From: a virus | Taxonomy: Duplodnaviria > Caudoviricetes | Virus record (IMG/VR): IMGVR_UViG_3300036778_000214 | Span: 1-48,533 of that record | Reading direction: 5' to 3' (one strand) | DNA: 48,533 nt | Shown here: positions 43,293 through 48,533 of the stretch, in pieces | Position numbering within the stretch: position 1 is the stretch's first letter | Layout: the number at the start of each line of letters is the position of its first letter | Translations under genes and position numbers: made by a program | Notes under the pieces: generated by a model | The model's input: only the letters and a program-made list of their open reading frames with translations | Databases searched by the model: none | What the model was told of the DNA's origin: nothing

Positions 43293-43721
43293 ATGAAAAA
43301 AGAAGAGTTTATTAACCGAGCGGTTGGTTTGCCGTGGATTGATCGCGCCTGTAGCTGGAAAGCAATGGATTGCTGGGGAGTGCTCGTCATGTATTTTCGA
43401 TATGTATATGGAGAAGAGCTACCGTGCGTCGAAGGTTATCAGACAGGGCAGATATCAATAACGGATGGGTTCGCTTTTCAACTGTCCAATGGGAAATGGA
43501 AACGTGTGGAAAATCCGGATGGAGACTGCATTGCATTCATGCTGTTCGATGGCAATATTGCATCACATGTTGGTGTGATTGTTGATGGTAAATATGCTCT
43601 TCATTCGGCTGGCATGGCTGGGTATTCAGGCCAGGTACGTTGCGACCGACTCGATGTATTCCGTCGCTTTCACTTAGGTGATATACACTTCTACCGTTAT
43701 GAGGGGTGTCGATGTTTATAG
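43293..43721 (+). CDS. NlpC/P60 tail-tip assembly peptidase
   Basis: GLPW...MDCWG...HVGV...ALHS catalytic pattern. Confidence 0.85.
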   Translation: MKKEEFINRAVGLPWIDRACSWKAMDCWGVLVMYFRYVYGEELPCVEGYQTGQISITDGFAFQLSNGKWKRVENPDGDCIAFMLFDGNIASHVGVIVDGKYALHSAGMAGYSGQVRCDRLDVFRRFHLGDIHFYRYEGCRCL

Positions 43722-46231
43722 TCTACCGTGACCCCAGGGGAATAAGCGGAAGGGAAATATATGAACTGGATTGCTCAATATCAATACAAGAAAACATAGC
43801 GAGGGTATTTCCACATGGTCTCGATGCGAATACCGCACTGCTGAGGCTGAACGGGCAGCAAATCAACCCACTCCAGATAGACCTTTCAAGAAAAGCAACA
43901 AGGCTTGATTTTCTTGAAATAATAATCCGTCAGCAAGGTACGGGACTACTGGTTGGGCTGATCGTTGCTGTTGTGGCAGCGGTAGCTGTTTATGTGTTGA
44001 TGCCCAAGCCTACAATCCCTAACAATCTAGGGGCACAAAAAGACAGTCCGAACAACAGTCTGACAGGCCAAACTAATATTGCACGTTTATACCAGGCGAT
44101 ACCGGATATATACGGGCGGGTAAGGGTATTCCCGGATCTGGTTGAACCATCACTCATCGAGTACAAAGACAACATAAAAACCATAACCGAACTGATGTGC
44201 ATAGGAAAAGGGAACTATGTTGTCGAAAATATGAAATATGCAGATACTCTTTTGAGCACTATAAACGGCGCGTCGCATGAAGTATTCAGTCCTTCAGAAG
44301 TTATTCCGATGGTTTATACCGCTGTTGGATCTCCTGATGTCGATGGGCAAGAAATAACACCGCCAAATCTTGGTGACATTGTTCTTTACGCGGCAGAAAC
44401 TACTAATGTGATATCGTTAAATTACTCAGGAACTGTAGCGACTATAAGGATCGTTAAATCTCAACCATTTGATTATTTTTATGATAAATCTAAGCCCATA
44501 AATGTGCGTTTAACGGTTGATGCAACATACCTCGTAGCTAATTCAAATGGGTCAACTTCGCAAGAAACAGGCCGCTTCACATTGTCAGGAAGTCTCGCAG
44601 GGATGGGAATTAGTGATGATGGCGCAGTCACAAACGCAGAAGAATATTATGACATCAGCATCAATAACATATCCCCAAGCAGTAGTTTTCCGACGGGCGG
44701 AATCGTTCAAAGCACATATCTTAAACTGGAGGATATGGAAGCACTCTACGTTGGGCCGTTCATCATGGCTGCACCATGTGATCAAATCTGGTTCAACGTA
44801 ACGTTTCCTAGAGGATTACAGGGGCGTGCTGAGTTTATTGCCGAATGGTGGCAGGTGGATGTGACGAACGATGTCATCCCTGGAACGCAAGGGAGCTATA
44901 CATTCTGGCATTCTGACGGAACCTATGAACCGCAATACAGGACACACAGAATTACGCCATCCGTTGGCCGTGGGCGCTACGCCTTCAGAGTTGTACGGAC
45001 GAATAATGGATCGGATCAACTGACCGACCAGGCAAAGCTGGAGGAAGTCTACGCCATACAGGCTCGTCGCAATGTGTGGGTGTACGACACGTTGGTTCGG
45101 GTGGTTACCAGGGCAACGGAGCAGGCCACTGGCATCAAAGAACGGAAATTTAATGCAGAAGTGACTCGCAAAACAATTTACTGGAATGGAAATGTTGTTG
45201 TTCATTCTCCCAGGGCATCCAGAGATTTTGCTGACGCGGTTTTGCATTCATTCATCAATATCGCGAACAGAAGAGGCGAACAACTGGACATTGAATCCTT
45301 GTATGCGATAGGCGATTCAATCAAGCAGAGCAATGAACGGCTTGGCTGGTTTGATTTCTCTTTTGACGATAAAGACATTTCGTTAGGGCAGCGGTTACAG
45401 ACGATTTGTAATGCTGCAAGAGTCACGGTATTTCGCGATGGTTTGAAGTGGCGATTTACCCGAGATGAAAAAAAGGATTTTGTGGCGGCTCAGTTTGATG
45501 CGCGTAACCTTGCCAATGATAATGATAGCGGTACTCTGCAATTTAAAGGACACTTGCCAACGAGCTATGACGGGGTTGAGCTTGAGTGGGTAGATTCAAG
45601 CGACACCAACCAGGACGGTACTGACAAGAAAGCCTATATCCGGCTGCGTATTGATGCGGTTAACAAGAAAATAATTGTTGAGCCGGCCTCCCGACCATTA
45701 AAAATACAGTTGGCCGGATGTCGAAATTATGACCAGGCCATGAATCGCGCCCAACTCGAAGCCAGAAGACTTATCTATCAAAGACGCTACGTTGAAGATA
45801 CCGCGCTAAGTGATGCATGGATAGTTCAGATAGGTGACCGTGTCCGGTGGGCAGACGTGTACGATGAGGCTATATCGAATGGTGAAATCCTCGAAATCAA
45901 TGGGGACGTTTTTACGACGTCAGAAACACTTGCTTTTGAGAAAGGCGTCAATTACCGGGTATCGATAACGGATAAATATGGCTATCCATCTGAGTGGCTT
46001 ACTGTCGCGGGGGTTAGCGGGCAAAAAAATGCATTTACAGCTGATTTCAGCACGGCTTTTACAGCTGATAACATCAACTCCATGCTTGGCTCTCGTTTCA
46101 TATTAGTGCCTGCTGTAGCGACCGCTCCCCAGGAATTTATTCTTACTGGTAAGCCATCGGGTGATGACCCTTTAAAAATCAAAATTAGCCTTGCTCAGTA
46201 TGATGAGAGAATGTACGCATTCGATAAATAA
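43712..46231 (+). CDS. Tail tip/host-specificity protein (TipJ-like)
   Basis: SPNNSLTGQTNIARLYQAIPDIYG..RVFPDL; about 840 aa. Confidence 0.85.
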   Translation: MFIVYRDPRGISGREIYELDCSISIQENIARVFPHGLDANTALLRLNGQQINPLQIDLSRKATRLDFLEIIIRQQGTGLLVGLIVAVVAAVAVYVLMPKPTIPNNLGAQKDSPNNSLTGQTNIARLYQAIPDIYGRVRVFPDLVEPSLIEYKDNIKTITELMCIGKGNYVVENMKYADTLLSTINGASHEVFSPSEVIPMVYTAVGSPDVDGQEITPPNLGDIVLYAAETTNVISLNYSGTVATIRIVKSQPFDYFYDKSKPINVRLTVDATYLVANSNGSTSQETGRFTLSGSLAGMGISDDGAVTNAEEYYDISINNISPSSSFPTGGIVQSTYLKLEDMEALYVGPFIMAAPCDQIWFNVTFPRGLQGRAEFIAEWWQVDVTNDVIPGTQGSYTFWHSDGTYEPQYRTHRITPSVGRGRYAFRVVRTNNGSDQLTDQAKLEEVYAIQARRNVWVYDTLVRVVTRATEQATGIKERKFNAEVTRKTIYWNGNVVVHSPRASRDFADAVLHSFINIANRRGEQLDIESLYAIGDSIKQSNERLGWFDFSFDDKDISLGQRLQTICNAARVTVFRDGLKWRFTRDEKKDFVAAQFDARNLANDNDSGTLQFKGHLPTSYDGVELEWVDSSDTNQDGTDKKAYIRLRIDAVNKKIIVEPASRPLKIQLAGCRNYDQAMNRAQLEARRLIYQRRYVEDTALSDAWIVQIGDRVRWADVYDEAISNGEILEINGDVFTTSETLAFEKGVNYRVSITDKYGYPSEWLTVAGVSGQKNAFTADFSTAFTADNINSMLGSRFILVPAVATAPQEFILTGKPSGDDPLKIKISLAQYDERMYAFDK

Positions 46232-46264
46232 GAGCAAGGACTCACAACATCACAAACGAATTAT

Positions 46265-46289
46265 GGCCGGGATAAATTCCGGCCTTTTT
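46265..46289 (+). terminator. Intrinsic terminator before the tailspike gene
   Basis: ggccgg-gataaatt-ccggcc followed by T5. Confidence 0.6.
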
Positions 46290-46301
46290 ATTGGGGTAAG
46301 C

Positions 46302-48533
46302 ATGAGTCGATATTACACATACGATCCTGTGCCATCTAATGCCATGAGGGATCTCAGTGATAACGCAATAATCGTTGACGAACTGGTCCATAAAAAAACA
46401 CCAACAACACCTGATCGCTTCGGCATATTACTCATAACATGGTTTGGGCTGGTTAAAGAGTTCAGGGACTCATTAACCAAAATCGGCTACATAACGACGG
46501 ATTCATTCCAGGATGGTGCCCGACTGGAATTATCTAACCAGGTGCTACGTTGGAAATTGCCGGATGGTGACGGAGACTATTATCGCTGGGATGGCGCATT
46601 TCCAAAAGATGTCCCTGTAAACTCAACCCCGCTGAGCGCTGGCGGAGTAGGAAAGGGGGCATGGGTAAGCGTCGGGGACGCAGCACTTCGTTCTCAACTG
46701 GCCAGCTTCGATGGAACAAGTTTTATTGGTTTGCCTTATGGGACGCTCAGCGATGCCATGCATTTCCTCACTCCTGAGATGTTTATGCATCACTCTGAGG
46801 TGGTAGTTACTCAGGCAATACAGTTATGTGCGGATGCTGCGAAAGCTCTGAACCTGCCTGTATTTGCTTCAGGGACGTATGATCTGACGGAAAGTGTGGA
46901 ATTTGACGGTATCCGCTGGCGCGGTGGAGTCTTCAGAGTTGCGTCTGATGATAGGTCTACGGCAGTTCGTCTGGTCGGGGCTGATGTTGAGGGAGCAACA
47001 TTTGAATGTTGTTATGTCCACATAACCAAATCAGGCAACACACGGTTTTACAAAAACAAACTTCACGGGCAACGCTTCACTGCCGCTGTCTTTATCAGAG
47101 CATTTGATCAAGATGGTAGCGTCGACATTTGTTTTAACGAGTTTTGGGATTGCAACTATGCAATTCTGCAACAGGGTACCAGCACTGCGACTGTCAGATC
47201 CGGGAGAATATCATTTAACCATATTCATGATATTTATGGCGATGGGATCGAATTGAACGTCGTTAATATGCATTATCCGGATGGATTAGTTATTGAAGGC
47301 AACATCATCAGTAACGTTGACAGCATTAACGCGAATAACGGTAATCATGGGGCCTGGGGCATAGGGATTGGGATTGCGGGGAAACCACCATATGGCCTGG
47401 ACAGTGATGTACCGGATTCTCAGTATGTCGCGAAATTTACAATACGTAATAATCACATAACCAAATGTCGGCAGTGTATACATGTGGAGCTTGGGCGCGA
47501 TTTTGTCATTGAAAATAATTATTGCTGGCCTGATACGGCAGTGTCAGGCGATTCCGGGCTTTACTTTGCAGCTATAGCTATTTATGGGTGTAAACGATTT
47601 ACGATCGATGGTGTGACAGGTGAGCCGGTTGGTACTGCGAATCGTTATGTGTTAATTGAGTGGGGTGTTAACAATGGAACGACTTATGCTGGTCCGCCTC
47701 GTGATTTTACGCTGAGGAATATCAATACATATACGGGAGATATTGAGGTCGCCACAGCAGGTGGCGTCAAGTGGACAAATACCACGATTTTGGAGAACTC
47801 GCGATGCAGAATTTTGAAATGGCGTGGACTCCCAACATCTTCTATCTATCGTAACATTTACGCGAACAAAATTGACTATATCGGGGTGCATGACTCAACT
47901 GAGGGGTCTGGTGGCGGGGTTTACACTACGCCATTTTATACTTACACGAACTGGTCAAACGTAATCTGCTTAACAGCAACGGACGCGGATAATCTCGTTT
48001 TTGCCACGCAAGTATCATTTTCTAAAATTTACACTGACAGGATTGACCAGTCAGGGAATAACTTCGAAGTTCCTACTGAAATGCCTGTACCTGGCAATAG
48101 AGGGCCTCAACTGTATTCTGTCGTTGAGCAGTATTTACTCGATGACGACCAAATGGCAGGAGGGCGTGAGTTCTCAAAAGGTACGGTGCTTTGGAAAGCG
48201 TCGGGTGGGTATTTTCTGATAACCACAGCCGGGGCATTCATCAGTCAAAATGGTGATTATGCGGACAAGATACGCCATACAGAGGCAGGGCAATCTTATA
48301 TCGCAGCGATGAACAAAGATTGGTCGCAAGGTGTTGGAGCGAAAGCGGCTGGAACACGACTGGTAATTCCTGGTGCGGGGAAGGGCGGCACTGATCTCAC
48401 TACGACCATCATTAGAGGGGGGCATATCATAGACAACAACTACCGCTGTGACATTGATCCGCCAATAGTCACAGCGACTGAGGATGGCGTCGTTATACGT
48501 GCACTTTATCCATGCGAGTATGTTGAGACGTAA
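46302..48533 (+). CDS. Tailspike: N-terminal virion-binding domain plus WcaM-like beta-helix polysaccharide depolymerase
   Basis: YYRWDGAFPKDVP..STP...GG...GAWVSVGDAALRSQL anchor; GDGIELNV, WGIGIGIAG, CRQCIHVE.G..FVI and IAIYGC..F.IDG motifs shared with E. coli WcaM. Confidence 0.85.
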   Translation: MSRYYTYDPVPSNAMRDLSDNAIIVDELVHKKTPTTPDRFGILLITWFGLVKEFRDSLTKIGYITTDSFQDGARLELSNQVLRWKLPDGDGDYYRWDGAFPKDVPVNSTPLSAGGVGKGAWVSVGDAALRSQLASFDGTSFIGLPYGTLSDAMHFLTPEMFMHHSEVVVTQAIQLCADAAKALNLPVFASGTYDLTESVEFDGIRWRGGVFRVASDDRSTAVRLVGADVEGATFECCYVHITKSGNTRFYKNKLHGQRFTAAVFIRAFDQDGSVDICFNEFWDCNYAILQQGTSTATVRSGRISFNHIHDIYGDGIELNVVNMHYPDGLVIEGNIISNVDSINANNGNHGAWGIGIGIAGKPPYGLDSDVPDSQYVAKFTIRNNHITKCRQCIHVELGRDFVIENNYCWPDTAVSGDSGLYFAAIAIYGCKRFTIDGVTGEPVGTANRYVLIEWGVNNGTTYAGPPRDFTLRNINTYTGDIEVATAGGVKWTNTTILENSRCRILKWRGLPTSSIYRNIYANKIDYIGVHDSTEGSGGGVYTTPFYTYTNWSNVICLTATDADNLVFATQVSFSKIYTDRIDQSGNNFEVPTEMPVPGNRGPQLYSVVEQYLLDDDQMAGGREFSKGTVLWKASGGYFLITTAGAFISQNGDYADKIRHTEAGQSYIAAMNKDWSQGVGAKAAGTRLVIPGAGKGGTDLTTTIIRGGHIIDNNYRCDIDPPIVTATEDGVVIRALYPCEYVET

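Larger units (their letters stand above)
1..48533. mobile_element. Integrated temperate (lambdoid/Rac-like early region, siphovirus tail) prophage; right att not in window
   Basis: Continuous int-xis-recET-immunity-replication-lysis-terminase-head-tail-tailspike gene order with no recognisable host genes. Confidence 0.97.

Noticed and set aside
195-48425. The many short opposite-strand and alternate-frame ORFs in the track (e.g. 30045-30713 minus, 35524-36045 minus, 5207-5716 plus)
   Set aside because: They lie within well-supported genes and show no recognisable motifs; treated as shadow ORFs
43712-48533. Diversity-generating retroelement or tail-fibre shufflon
   Set aside because: No reverse transcriptase, template/variable repeat pair or inversion sites seen

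Overview
The whole window is one integrated temperate siphovirus-type prophage of an enterobacterium, read from the integrase/att end (left) to the stop codon of the tailspike (right). The second att site lies outside the window. Left arm, all on the minus strand: int, xis, accessory genes (MmcB-like nuclease, DUF4406, Dam, DUF1187, DUF550, NinX-like, DUF977, PerC-like), recT, recE, ydaE-like and kil. Unusually, cro, cII, O, a DUF4942 methyltransferase and Q also point leftward. A short cI, two morons and hicAB follow. Right arm, almost entirely on the plus strand: two holins, a GH108 endolysin, spanins, a tail-fibre-N/SGNH-esterase cassette, a DUF488 / degenerate-MTase-GNAT / ParB / HTH cassette running into terS-terL, portal, minor head protein, a tRNA-like RNA, protease, capsid, a non-contractile tail and a WcaM-like tailspike. 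Four observations stand out. (1) A probable packaging-coupled DNA hypermodification cassette. (2) An exact 12-mer, GAGACATGACCA, repeated at least seven times at gene starts or leaders of the early arm. (3) A 125-nt tRNA-like RNA with an oversized core. (4) A rewired regulatory layout in which Q points away from the lysis/late genes. All family assignments come from recognising motifs by eye, not from database searches.
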